Assembly: GCA_943788985.1 (NCBI GenBank)
Contig: CALSSJ010000013.1
Span: 40,784 to 104,783, forward strand
Reading direction: 5' to 3'
Source: an uncultured Lentisphaerales bacterium
GTDB lineage: Bacteria; Verrucomicrobiota; Lentisphaeria; JABSQK01; UBA12247
Length of the DNA: 64,000 bases
Shown: in pieces, positions 49,161-59,633 of the stretch
How the letters are laid out: every line of letters begins with the position of its first letter
Numbering within the stretch: position 1 is the first letter of the stretch
Made by a program: the position numbers and the translations under genes
The notes under the pieces: generated by a model
What the model saw: the letters and a program-made list of their open reading frames with translations, nothing else
Databases searched by the model: none
What the model was told of the DNA's origin: nothing

Positions 49161-50858
49161 ATGCCAGCCGCTGATTGGACCATTCTATCCCTCTATCTCG
49201 CTAGCACGGTGTTTGTCGGCGTGTTCCTGGGACGCTTTGTAAAAAATGCGTCGGACATGTTCGCGGCTGGCGGTCAGTCGCCGTGGTGGCTCAGTGGGCT
49301 GAGCGCCTTCATGACCATGTTTTCGGCCAATACCTTTGTAGTCTGGGGCGGCATTGCCTATCAACACGGGGTGGTGGCGATCGCCATCAATCTCTGCTAC
49401 GGGATTGCGGCAATCGCAGCCGGCTACACGGTCGCGGGCAAGTGGAAGGCCATGGGCATCGAGACCCCAGCCGACTACATCGAGACCCGCTTCGGGCGCC
49501 CAGCACTGCATTTCTACACCTGGTTTATGATGGTGTTCCGGATCGTGGGTACCGGCGGCGCGCTCTATGCCATTGCCCGGCTGACGCTTGCGGTAATGAG
49601 CGGTGGCGGCAGTGCTGGAGACGGGGCCCTAACCGGCGCTGACCTGAACACCGCGATCCTGGTCTTTGCCCTGATCGTGGTCGGCTATACCATGATCGGC
49701 GGCTTGTGGGCGGTGCTGATGACCGACACGCTCCAATTTATCATCCTCAATCTGGCCGTGCTATTTGTCATCCCCCTGGCACTGGCGCGTACTGGTGGCT
49801 TCTCGACCTTTCTCGAAAAGGCACCAGACGGTTTTCTGGCGGTCACCAACGACAAATACACCTTTCTTTTCCTGGCTGGCTGGGTGGCGATCCACTACTT
49901 CATGATTGGCGCGGAGTGGGCGTTTGTGCAGCGCTTTCTCTGCGTGCCCTCGCCCAAGGATGCCCGCAAAAGCACCTTTCTGTTTGGCGGGCTCTATCTG
50001 TTCAGTCCTTTCCTCTGGCTGCTGCCGCCTCTGCTCTGGCGAGTACAATCCCCGATTCCAGAAGGCGCAAGCCCGGAGACCGTGACTCGAATGGCGGAGA
50101 CCGCCTACATCCTCTCCTGCAAGGCCGTGCTGCCGATCGGCATGCTCGGGCTGATGCTCGCCGCCCTGTTCTCGGCCACCGCCAGCATGATCAGCTCGCA
50201 GCTGAACGTGTTCTCTGGCGTGCTCACCGAAAACATCTACAAGCCACTTGCCCAAAACCCGTCCGAAAAGCGGCTGGTCCATATGGGGCGGGTGTTCACG
50301 CTGGTGCTCGGGATCATCGTGGCCCTGGTGGCTATCGCCACACCGTATCTTGGGGGCGCGGCCAAAGTCATCATCTCCGTGACCCAGGTTATGGTCACGC
50401 CGCTGTTGGCGCCTACTCTACTGGCGCTGTTCATTCCACGGCTGGGTGTGAACACGATCTGGGCGACGGTCGGAATCTGCTTCCCGCTCGGTCTCTTGAC
50501 TAAGTTCACCACGGTGCTGGAGAATACCTGGCTGGCCGACAGTACGGTCACCGGAGTTTTCCTGCCCTTGGCCGTGATCGCTGTCATGCTCCTGCTGTCT
50601 CGCAAAGAAGCTCCGGGCTGGGCTGGAGTCCGCGAGTTGGAGGCGCAGGCAGCCGGGCGAGACCAACCGCAATCGAGCGCCTTTCCGGCTTTGATAGTCA
50701 GCATCAGCCTCGTGCTTTCTGCGATCACGCTATTGGCTTTAATTCCACTAAACGACGCCAACCACGGACTGCTTGTGGGTTTCGCGGTCGTGCTGCTGAT
50801 CCTGGCAGCGCTGTTGTTCTGGCTGGCGAAACGCATGAAAGGACAAGAATCGGCATGA
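49161..50858 (+). CDS. Sodium:solute symporter (SSS) family transporter
   Basis: AAGGQSPWW..GLS, YIETRFG, GGLWAVLMTDTLQF, VQRFL, GLMLAALFSATAS. Confidence 0.95.
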   Translation: MPAADWTILSLYLASTVFVGVFLGRFVKNASDMFAAGGQSPWWLSGLSAFMTMFSANTFVVWGGIAYQHGVVAIAINLCYGIAAIAAGYTVAGKWKAMGIETPADYIETRFGRPALHFYTWFMMVFRIVGTGGALYAIARLTLAVMSGGGSAGDGALTGADLNTAILVFALIVVGYTMIGGLWAVLMTDTLQFIILNLAVLFVIPLALARTGGFSTFLEKAPDGFLAVTNDKYTFLFLAGWVAIHYFMIGAEWAFVQRFLCVPSPKDARKSTFLFGGLYLFSPFLWLLPPLLWRVQSPIPEGASPETVTRMAETAYILSCKAVLPIGMLGLMLAALFSATASMISSQLNVFSGVLTENIYKPLAQNPSEKRLVHMGRVFTLVLGIIVALVAIATPYLGGAAKVIISVTQVMVTPLLAPTLLALFIPRLGVNTIWATVGICFPLGLLTKFTTVLENTWLADSTVTGVFLPLAVIAVMLLLSRKEAPGWAGVRELEAQAAGRDQPQSSAFPALIVSISLVLSAITLLALIPLNDANHGLLVGFAVVLLILAALLFWLAKRMKGQESA

Positions 50859-53137
50859 TTAGAGCAGACGCAATCGCGGGGATGCGCGAACTTCGCAACG
50901 AGACACTAGCGGTCGATTTCGCGGTCATTGGTGGTGGCCTGGCCGGGGTCTGCGCGGCGGTAACCGCCGCGCGCCAGGGGCTGCAGGTCGTCTTAGTCCA
51001 AGATCGTCCGGTGCTAGGCGGAAACTCATCAAGCGAGGTACGGCTGTGGGCTCTGGGTGCCACCTCGCATCAGGGCAACAACAACCGCTGGGCCCGCGAA
51101 GGGGGCCTGGTCGACGAGATTCTGGTCGAGAACATGTACCGCAACAAGGAGGGCAACCCGGTCATCTTCGACACGGTGCTACTAGACCTCGTGACGCGAG
51201 AGCCCAACCTCCGCCTGCTGCTCAATACTGCCGTCTACGACGTCGAGAAGTCGGCCCCCGACACCATCGCCAGCGTGACGGGATTTTGCAGCCAGAATTC
51301 TACCCGCTACAGGGTCGAGGCGCCCTATTTCTGTGATGCATCCGGAGACGGCATTGTCGGCTTTCAGGCTGGGGCCGCGTTTCGCATGGGCGCCGAGAAA
51401 CCCGAGGAGTTTGGCGAGGGCTTCGCTCCAGATGAGGGGTATGGCGAGTTGCTCGGCCACACCATCTATTTCTACAGCAAGGATACCGGTAAACCGATTC
51501 AATTTGTCGCACCGGAATACGCGCTGAAAGACATCGCCGAGATTCCACGCTATCGCTGGTTCAATGTCCGGGACCACGGCTGCTGTCTGTGGTGGCTCGA
51601 ATACGGCGGCCGGCGCGACACCGTCCACGACACTGAAGAGATCAAGTGGGAGCTGTGGAAAGTCGTCTACGGGGTTTGGGACCATATCAAGAACTCCGGC
51701 GAGTTTCCCGAGGCCGAGAATCTGACCCTAGAATGGGTCGGGACCATCCCGGGAAAACGCGAGAGTCGCCGCTTCGAGGGCGACCACATGCTCACCCAGC
51801 AGGACGTGATCGAGCAACGCGTACACCCGGATGCAGTCGCGGTCGGCGGTTGGTCCCTGGACCTGCACCCGTCCGACGCGATCTACAGTGAGAAGACGCC
51901 GTGCAATCAGTGGCACAGCAAGGGCGTCTACGGCATTCCCTACCGCTGCTCCTACAGCCGTAATATCAGTAACCTCTTTCTTGCTGGGCGCATCATCAGC
52001 GCTTCGCATGTCGCCTTTGGCTCGAGCCGCGTGATGCTGACCTGTGCCCATGGTGCCACGGCGGTCGGCATGGCTGCGGCCCACTGCCAACGCGACGGCC
52101 TACTCCCCCGCGGCCTGACCGAACCAGAACGCATGACGGCGCTACAAACCGCGCTCAATCGAGCCGGACAAGGTATCTCGGGCGTACCACTCGCGGGCGA
52201 CGGCGACCTTGCGGAGTCCGCAACGCTGACGGCCTCCTCGACCTATGAGTTGACTGCGCTCGCCGCAGATGGCATCTGGCTGGATCTTACCTGCCCCGTA
52301 GCGCAGATGCTGCCGCTGGCGCCCGAGGACCGCCCTACCCTGTCCTTGACGGTGCGCGCCGCCGAGCCTTGCCAATTGCGCATCGCACTGCAGGTAAGCG
52401 ATAAAGTCGCGAACTTCACCCCGGAGACAACCCTCTGTGAGCAGGCCTTTGCGCTATCCGCGGGAGAGCAGATCATCGCCTTCCCCATCGGCACCAGCGT
52501 CGATACACCGCGCTACGGCTTCCTCTGCCTCTATGGCGACGAGAGCATCGAAGTCGCCTGCTCGCAACAGCGCCTCACCGGCCTACTCAGCGTGCGAAAG
52601 CGATTCAACAAAGCGGTATCCAACTTTGGCGAACAGGTCCCGCCCGACGGGATCGGGATCGAGCGCTTTGAGTTCTGGACACCAGCTCGCCGTCCGGACG
52701 GGCACAATCTCGCCCTCCAGTTGTCGACGCCGCTCAAGGCGTTCGACGCCTCACAGCTGCGCAGCGGCTGGTTCCGACCCACAACAGCCACAAATGCTTG
52801 GGCCGCAAGCCCGGACGATCCGAGCCCACGACTTGATTTCCGGTGGAACACAGCACAAAGAATCGGCGAAATCGTACTGCACTTCGACGCGGATTGGGAC
52901 CATGCCATGGAGACGGCCCAATATGGCCACCCTGAGAACGTGATGCCATTCTGTGTGCGCGACTACGTGATCCGCGATGCCGACGGCACAGAACTGCACC
53001 GTTGCTCCGGCAACTACCAGACCATCAATCGCATCCGCTTCGCCGAACCTGTTGACACCCGAGCCATCTCCATCGAACTAGCACACCCATCGAGGCAGGT
53101 TTCCGCGTCTCTATTTGGCGTCCGAGTTTATTCATAA
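50855..53137 (+). CDS. FAD-dependent oxidoreductase (FAD_oxidored family) with C-terminal beta domain
   Basis: GGGLAGVCAA, DRPVLGGNSSSE, DASGDG, GKRESRR, IPYRC, AGRIISASHVAFGSSRVM. Confidence 0.93.
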   Translation: MIRADAIAGMRELRNETLAVDFAVIGGGLAGVCAAVTAARQGLQVVLVQDRPVLGGNSSSEVRLWALGATSHQGNNNRWAREGGLVDEILVENMYRNKEGNPVIFDTVLLDLVTREPNLRLLLNTAVYDVEKSAPDTIASVTGFCSQNSTRYRVEAPYFCDASGDGIVGFQAGAAFRMGAEKPEEFGEGFAPDEGYGELLGHTIYFYSKDTGKPIQFVAPEYALKDIAEIPRYRWFNVRDHGCCLWWLEYGGRRDTVHDTEEIKWELWKVVYGVWDHIKNSGEFPEAENLTLEWVGTIPGKRESRRFEGDHMLTQQDVIEQRVHPDAVAVGGWSLDLHPSDAIYSEKTPCNQWHSKGVYGIPYRCSYSRNISNLFLAGRIISASHVAFGSSRVMLTCAHGATAVGMAAAHCQRDGLLPRGLTEPERMTALQTALNRAGQGISGVPLAGDGDLAESATLTASSTYELTALAADGIWLDLTCPVAQMLPLAPEDRPTLSLTVRAAEPCQLRIALQVSDKVANFTPETTLCEQAFALSAGEQIIAFPIGTSVDTPRYGFLCLYGDESIEVACSQQRLTGLLSVRKRFNKAVSNFGEQVPPDGIGIERFEFWTPARRPDGHNLALQLSTPLKAFDASQLRSGWFRPTTATNAWAASPDDPSPRLDFRWNTAQRIGEIVLHFDADWDHAMETAQYGHPENVMPFCVRDYVIRDADGTELHRCSGNYQTINRIRFAEPVDTRAISIELAHPSRQVSASLFGVRVYS

Positions 53138-53245
53138 ACTCGCTGAAATGATGACGATCGCTTTGTGATCTCAGTTTGATTTCCAGATGGAATTGGACCA
53201 TAGTGCATACGCTCGACTCTCCCTGTATTAATCACCGGGCACATT

Positions 53246-54109
53246 ATGATGCACCCCCGTTACCAGCATTTTCAATTAACTTCTCAGCGACACAAAACGA
53301 CCGGCACGTCCGCGTTCACGTTGATCGAGCTGCTGGTTGTGATCATGATTATCACCATTCTTGCCTCGCTGCTATTGCCCTCGCTGGCGAACGCTAGGCA
53401 GAGCGGTAGGAAATCCGCTTGCGTGTCCAATTTGCGCCAGCTCGCCTTGACCCTCACGATGTATACCGGCGACAATGTCGACCAATACCCGACAACGGGC
53501 TGGGGCCCCCTTGGCCGGATAGTCTGGGACGACTTGGTCGCCGGCTACGATGGCCGCCCGGCATTACCACGCTACGGACGCCTGTTTGCCGACCAGGCCT
53601 CCGCTCTGCTGACTCGCACCACTTGGGGCGAGAAATACGGCGAGGTCTACAAGTGCCCGGATGACACTCTCCAAAGTTTCTATGGGACCAGCACCGACAC
53701 CTATGCGCGCTCTTACTCGATCACCTCGTTGGTCCTGTTTCCCGTTGCTGGCTATGAGGCTGCCAACCATCTTGGGATTTCCGGCTACGCCACCAGTACC
53801 GGCCAGAAGCTAACGCGTAAAAGCAGCGGACTCGTCAAACCAAGCGAAACCATCGTCCTGTCGGAGTATCATAGTCCTTCGAATTTTCTCGGCAACGGCT
53901 GGCAACATAGCGCTGCAGCATACACCATCGAAAATCGCCAGCTCAGCGGCTATTGGGCTCATGGTCGATCGGCAAACTATCTGATCGCTGATGGCCATGT
54001 TGAGGCACCGGACTTTTATGACACCCTGGCCACGCCGGACGGCTCTGTGTCCAGCCCTGCCAGCAGCGTCGCTGACACCATGTGGGACTCAAGCCCCGGC
54101 AGAGACTGA
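53246..54109 (+). CDS. Prepilin-type N-terminal cleavage/methylation protein with H-X9-DG domain
   Basis: [51 protein letters not shown]. Confidence 0.93.
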   Translation: MMHPRYQHFQLTSQRHKTTGTSAFTLIELLVVIMIITILASLLLPSLANARQSGRKSACVSNLRQLALTLTMYTGDNVDQYPTTGWGPLGRIVWDDLVAGYDGRPALPRYGRLFADQASALLTRTTWGEKYGEVYKCPDDTLQSFYGTSTDTYARSYSITSLVLFPVAGYEAANHLGISGYATSTGQKLTRKSSGLVKPSETIVLSEYHSPSNFLGNGWQHSAAAYTIENRQLSGYWAHGRSANYLIADGHVEAPDFYDTLATPDGSVSSPASSVADTMWDSSPGRD

Positions 54110-54190
54110 TTTATCCAGGCTATCGAGTCGGGACGATCGCTGGCGAGTAGTCCAGTTTCCGGTCCTGTGCCCCCTCGAAAAAGGTACTGA

Positions 54191-54997
54191 TCACGTCTCG
54201 TTCTCAACACTCCAATTGCTCTCAATCCGGCCGTCTCCAAGCACGATGCGGTCCAGTTCATTCCGAAACCAATCAGCCAGCTTGAGGTAGCGCGGATCGT
54301 TCGCGACATTGGCCTGCTCACCAGGATCATCGCGCAGATCAAATAGCGCCAACGCCACGTCTTCCCGTGGGCCTTCAAGCCCCCATTTGGTGTCCTCGCC
54401 AGCGGCATTGCCCACTTCTCCCCCGTCTTTCCATCTTTTCGCCGTACTCGCATTGAGAATGCAAAATCATCTGTGCGAAGATAGGCCCGTGGCCCGATCA
54501 CCTGATTCATCTCGCCAATCACATAGTCCCGGTGAGCCTGGCCCATACAGCCTAACGTCCACCGGAAAGCCCTCCGAGTGCGCGTAGGCACCCTCAGCCA
54601 GGTCAGCGCCCCCGCCCTCAGGATGGTCGGGGAAAATCAAAAAACTCATGACTCACCTTCCCGGCAGGCCACGTTTTCTTGTTCGACGACATGGCAATGA
54701 CGGCGCAATGATTCGACATGCTGTAGGGACCGGACTTGGCCTCGATTCTAGTTTTCCCAAGTGCCAGCCGTGATCGCCGATCACGTACAGGATCAAGAAG
54801 CCGCGACCGCTCTTGCGACTGAACGCCTTGAAGCTCTTAAACGCAGCTGTGATCTGCCGATTCATCGTCATCTGAGTCGTTGCCGGGCTGACGCCGCCGA
54901 GGATGACGTTCGGATTGCTGCGCGCATACGAACGCAGGATGTCCAAACGCTCATCGACCGCGAGTTGCTGCTCGATGATCTCCGTTGGCAGTTTCAC
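54191..54997 (-). pseudogene. Sulfatase remnant (fragmented)
   Basis: [40 protein letters not shown]. Confidence 0.65.
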
Positions 54998-55192
54998 CTT
55001 CCACGCGGCCTTCTTGTCAATCGCCTAGGACAGCAGAGTCGGCTCCCCAGAAAACCTTCTTTATGGTTTTCTGGGGAGGTAGCTTGTATGCCCAGACGTC
55101 AAGTCGCCGTTGAATATCCGCACTGAACCGCTAGAAAAGTTCCCAGGCAGCATTAGCATAACGGCGTTCCCTGCACGAAATCGGAGACCCGG

Positions 55193-56161
55193 ATGCAGTC
55201 GCTACATCCCTGCCGCAACACACCTCTTGCTCTCGTCACTCTCCTAGCTGCGCAGCTCTTTGTCCAGGCAAGCACAGCTCCGAATGCCCAGATCGACCGT
55301 GCCATCAGAGAGGCGCTCGACGAGCTGGTTAACGCGCGGATCGATCCTAGAGCGCTCGCGGCCTCCATCGAACTCCCCTACCCTGTCCCCGCTGTGACAG
55401 CGCCGCTCGGCGAAGTCGAGGCCAAGCTCAAAGCAGCCGCCCAAAAAAAGGTCAACACCACGCAGAGCGCCACAACCGCCGAGATTGAGCGGGATGCCAT
55501 AGAACGCTATCCCTTGTACAAGACCGGCGACACGGTCGCACTCACACTCCGACGCGGATTCGTCGTCAAGGGCACCTTACGCACCGTTGCCCCCTCATAC
55601 ATCATCGTTGGCAGTCGTCGTTATGCCAAAGTGGATCTCACCGATGAGACCCGTTGCGCCCTCGACGCCAGCATCAATCAGGCAAAGCGCGAGCGATATA
55701 TTCGCAACAAAATGCTACTCCGAGAAGATCGCCGCCAGGAAGCCGAGCGCTTGGCTGCTTCCGGCCTGGCCAGCAAAATCTACCTCGCCCACGGCTACAT
55801 GCGCTACAAAGACAGCTGGCGGCCCGCCCGGCCCCTCTTCAATCGCTACCTTGCTGCAAAGCGGAAGCGCCTGCGTTCCGAGCTGCGCCAGAAAGTCGAA
55901 AACGAGCTGTATCCACAGTTTGGCTACCGTCGCCAGAGCGGCCGTTGGGTCTACCCCACCCAGCCCACAGCACGCGAGCAAACCGGGGCTTTCGACATCT
56001 TCGCCGATCCCGACCCTGATCCGCCTCCCGCAGTGGAAAAAGAACAGGAGGCAGAGCCCGAAGCTCCCCCGGCCCCGGCAAAGACCCCGCGAGCGCGCGA
56101 CACCGTCCTCGACGCACTCAAAAAACAGGGGGCCGTGGAACACGTGCCCCCTGCGGAGTAG
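55193..56161 (+). CDS. Exported basic hypothetical protein
   Basis: Signal peptide; two GY....G/S.W motifs; Pro/Glu-rich tail. Confidence 0.6.
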   Translation: MQSLHPCRNTPLALVTLLAAQLFVQASTAPNAQIDRAIREALDELVNARIDPRALAASIELPYPVPAVTAPLGEVEAKLKAAAQKKVNTTQSATTAEIERDAIERYPLYKTGDTVALTLRRGFVVKGTLRTVAPSYIIVGSRRYAKVDLTDETRCALDASINQAKRERYIRNKMLLREDRRQEAERLAASGLASKIYLAHGYMRYKDSWRPARPLFNRYLAAKRKRLRSELRQKVENELYPQFGYRRQSGRWVYPTQPTAREQTGAFDIFADPDPDPPPAVEKEQEAEPEAPPAPAKTPRARDTVLDALKKQGAVEHVPPAE

Positions 56162-56187
56162 CCGGTTTGCGAACTCCGCAAAACCGC

Positions 56188-57157
56188 TGATGCTGCCGCT
56201 CTCCCCCATCGAACGGGAGTGCTCGATCCCCAAGTCCGGGTTCTCGCGCTTCTGTGTCTTGGCCGCGGCCCATATGGCGCCGGCCGTGGCGATGCGTTTC
56301 GAAAGTCTACTCGCCACCGGCCACGCTGTCTTGACGTGGCTCGCCGGCCTCTACTGCGCCCTCAGCAGGGGCGTCGCTGCGCCGGTCTATGTGTGTGCGT
56401 ACATCACAGGTGCCGAGGCTCTGTGGCGCATGTCCCGAGGCGCCCCTGCCCGGGAGTTTGGCAAGTACGCATGCCTGCTGGCCTTGGCGATCACCATGGT
56501 TCGGCCTGGCCGCACTAAGCCGCCTATCTGGCCCCTCGCCTTACTCGGCCTGCCGCTACCCGCCATGGCCATGCCGCCGATCGAGGAAGGCTGGGCTGCG
56601 CGACAAGACATCAGCTTCAACCTCTCCGGCCACTACCCTTCGCCGTTGCCGCCACCTTCTTCCGCAGCCTACGCATCGCCCCGCGAGAGTTCGCAGCACT
56701 CTGCCTCGCTCTGGCCATGCCCACCTCCGTGATCGGCCTTACCTTCGTCGTCGTGATCCTGCTCGTGTTCGTCCGGCCGCAGTTGGACCAGATCTCCGAT
56801 GGTACGCTCAGTGCGCGCTACAGCGTGGTCGAGCTGACCGGCCGCGGCCGGATCATGGCCGAAGAGTTCGTCGCCTGGCTTGCGCATCCTTGGTTTGGCA
56901 TCGGCGCATGGCAAGTCAAATACTGGCATAAAAAAAACAGCGGCAAAGCCTCCGCTGCGCGCACGAGAGAGACACCCCACACGCGCGCCATCACCGCAAT
57001 GTTCGTGATTTGGGCCGTGTTGTACATGACCGTGAATGCCATGCGCATCGCCGCGCCGGCGATCTGCCTCGCCATCGGCTTCGCCAGGCTCTTTCCGTTG
57101 CAAACTCCGCAAGTTTATCAGCAACCCGCCGAGCTGGTGCCATGCCCCGAGTCCTGA
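56188..57157 (+). pseudogene. O-antigen ligase/polymerase-like membrane protein remnant
   Basis: YITGAEALWRM..EFGKY, ISFNLSG, LTGR, HPWFGIG, AMRIAAP; frameshifts and deletions. Confidence 0.65.
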
Positions 57158-58173
57158 TCATCAGCAACTTTCTATCCGAGAAGAGTGGCACACATGGGGT
57201 CTGCGAAGAGCTCGCCGCGCGCTTGCCAGCAAAAGGCTGGGAGGTGGAGACCACCTCATCCGTGCGCAATCGTCCACTTCGCCTGTTAGACATGCTGCGT
57301 ACCGTGCGACGGCTTCGAGTTTCGCTTGACGTCGCGCAAATCGACATCTTCAGCGGGCTGGCCTTTCGCTGGGCCGAAGCCATCACAAGACTTCTGGCCA
57401 AGAAAAACGTCCCCATCGTCATGACACTCAATGGCGGGAATCTCCCGGCCTTCGCCAAGCGCAATCCGGCCCGCGTGCGCCGCCTCCTGGCCCACGCAAA
57501 TATGGTCGTCGCGCCATCCGCGTATCTGCGCGATGCGCTCCAGGAGTTCCGCTACCACATTCAGATCATCCCGAACGCCATCGACGTCAACCGCTACAGC
57601 TTTCGTTCGCGCCTAGCTCACGCGCCGCGCTTGGTCTGGCTGCGTGCCTTTCACGAGATCTACAACCCCGCCCTTGCCGTCGCCGTGACGCACAAGCTGC
57701 TGAATGTTTACCCAGACGTTCATCTCACCATGATCGGCCCAGACAAAGGCCAGCGCCGCATGATTGAGCGGGCGCTCATTGCCCACGACCTTAGCGATCA
57801 CATCGAGCTGCGCGGCCCCATCGAGAAGTCCGAGGTGCCCGCAGCGCTAAACGATGCGGAGATCTTTCTCAACACCAGCAATATCGACAATACGCCAGTC
57901 TCCGTACTAGAAGCCCAGGCAGCCGGCCTCTGCGTCGTCAGCACCAATGTCGGCGGGCTCCCGCACGTGATCGATCATGGCAAGACCGGACTCCTAGCCC
58001 CGCCCAATGACCTGATGGCCTGTGCCGCGCACATCCACGCCATCCTGCAAAACCCGGTCCTGGCAAACGAGCTCTCAGAAGGCGCCCATCGCCGGGCCCA
58101 GTCATTCGACTGGGCAGCGGTCTTAGACCGCTGGCACGAAGTTCTCACGGAGTCGGCGAGCAGCAAGCAATAG
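57142..58173 (+). CDS. Glycosyltransferase family 4
   Basis: IIPNAID, FLNTSNIDNTPVSVLEA, STNVGGLP, GKTGLL. Confidence 0.92.
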   Translation: MPRVLIISNFLSEKSGTHGVCEELAARLPAKGWEVETTSSVRNRPLRLLDMLRTVRRLRVSLDVAQIDIFSGLAFRWAEAITRLLAKKNVPIVMTLNGGNLPAFAKRNPARVRRLLAHANMVVAPSAYLRDALQEFRYHIQIIPNAIDVNRYSFRSRLAHAPRLVWLRAFHEIYNPALAVAVTHKLLNVYPDVHLTMIGPDKGQRRMIERALIAHDLSDHIELRGPIEKSEVPAALNDAEIFLNTSNIDNTPVSVLEAQAAGLCVVSTNVGGLPHVIDHGKTGLLAPPNDLMACAAHIHAILQNPVLANELSEGAHRRAQSFDWAAVLDRWHEVLTESASSKQ

Positions 58174-58208
58174 TCAGCCAACGCGATACGCTGCACGGTT
58201 CTGGGAGA

Positions 58209-58270
58209 TTGCCGCAAAAGAACACAAGGAACGCAGGGAAAGGCCAGTCGCCCCTTTTTGTGTTCCTTAG
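58209..58270. repeat. REP-like imperfect palindrome truncated at the IS end
   Basis: AAGAACACAAGGAACGCA...TTTGTGTTCCTT. Confidence 0.4.
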
Positions 58271-59513
58271 CCCGAGTTTCGTACTTAAATTCGGATTTTG
58301 TGGAATTTTGGGCATATTTAGGCTTCTTGCTCACCGGCGCGGGAGCGAGCTTCGTCGTTACTGCAATGTCAATCATTCTCATTGATCTCGCTACATGACC
58401 GTGCCATCATATTCTCATGTACCTCGCCACACGCACATCTCGAGGCAAGCAGATCCTGCAACTGCTTGAATCCTATCGCAATGCAGGCGGCCAACCACGC
58501 AACCGCGTGGTCTTATCCTTGGGGATGCGTGAACTCGATAAGGCTCGCGGAAAACTCATCGCCCAAGTCACCGACGCGGAACTCTATTGCCGCCCTCTGC
58601 TACTTCTCATACCAACTGATGTCGTCGAAGAAGCTAACGAAATCGTTGGAGCCATTCGACGCAGGGGAACCTGGGCGCCAATCGGCGAACGCAAGCAGCC
58701 CACGGAGGAGAACGATGCAGACAACCAGCCTCGGACCAGAGTTACTGGCCTTGCATGCTTGGCGTGAAATGAACATGAATTCTCTTCTCGAACACCTCAA
58801 ATTCAACTCCGCCTAACGCCAAGCGGCCATCGTTCAAATCATCGGCCGGATTGTCGCCCGAGGAAGCGACCAGGCCATCGGCCGTTTGCGAGAGCGTCAC
58901 AGCCGAGTGGCTTGCTACTATCAGATTTCGCGCAAAAACGCGGCGCTCAGCTGGGAGCATGACGACGCCAACATGGCCCAGGCCGCGACTCTCGATGGTT
59001 GCTACGTGCTCCAGCCCCATGCACCGACGCTGTCGGCTGTTGAGCTCTGGCGCAGCTACATGGTGCTGACAAAGGCCGAGGCCGGTTTTCGCTGTCTGAA
59101 ACGGGCAGCTCGGGCTCCGGCCGAACTTTCACCGCCTCGCGCACCGCGTCGACGGCCATATTTTCATTTCGCTGCTGGCCTACCAGCTGATGCGCTTTGT
59201 CTGCTACAGGCTTGCGCAGTGTGGGGACCGGCGCGACTGGGCGACGCTGCGCGACATTCTCGCGGTCGCATCGCTACGCGACCAGCCGAGCTACCGACGT
59301 CTCAGTGGCGAGGTGCATCGCGTCCGCAAGCCCGGTCGGCCCGAGCCTATCCACCGTCAGATCCACAGCCATCCTCGGGAGCGATTTGTCAGCGCTTCCG
59401 ACTCAGCATTCGTGCTACCGACAGCCGGACTGAACGCAGTCGTTTTGTGTAGTGACTCGCGTCGATTTCTCCGATTTTTACGCTTGAGTGTAGGCTATAG
59501 TGCGAAACTCGGG
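58271..59513 (+). mobile_element. IS1634-family element, internally deleted
   Basis: TIRs CCCGAGTTTCGTACT / AGTGCGAAACTCGGG (14/15); LQLLESYRNAGGQPRNRVVLSLG N-terminus; LDGCYVL, LTKAEAGFRCLK C-terminus; central DDE region missing. Confidence 0.85.
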
Positions 59514-59633
59514 CAAACCAAGACGCATCCAGAAAAGACCAAAGCCCTTCGCCGTTGGGAACGCAGCGTCAACGCGCCGGCGCCCACGCCAAATCCCCAA
59601 TTACTCACTCGATTGATACTTGGTTTGACCGGT

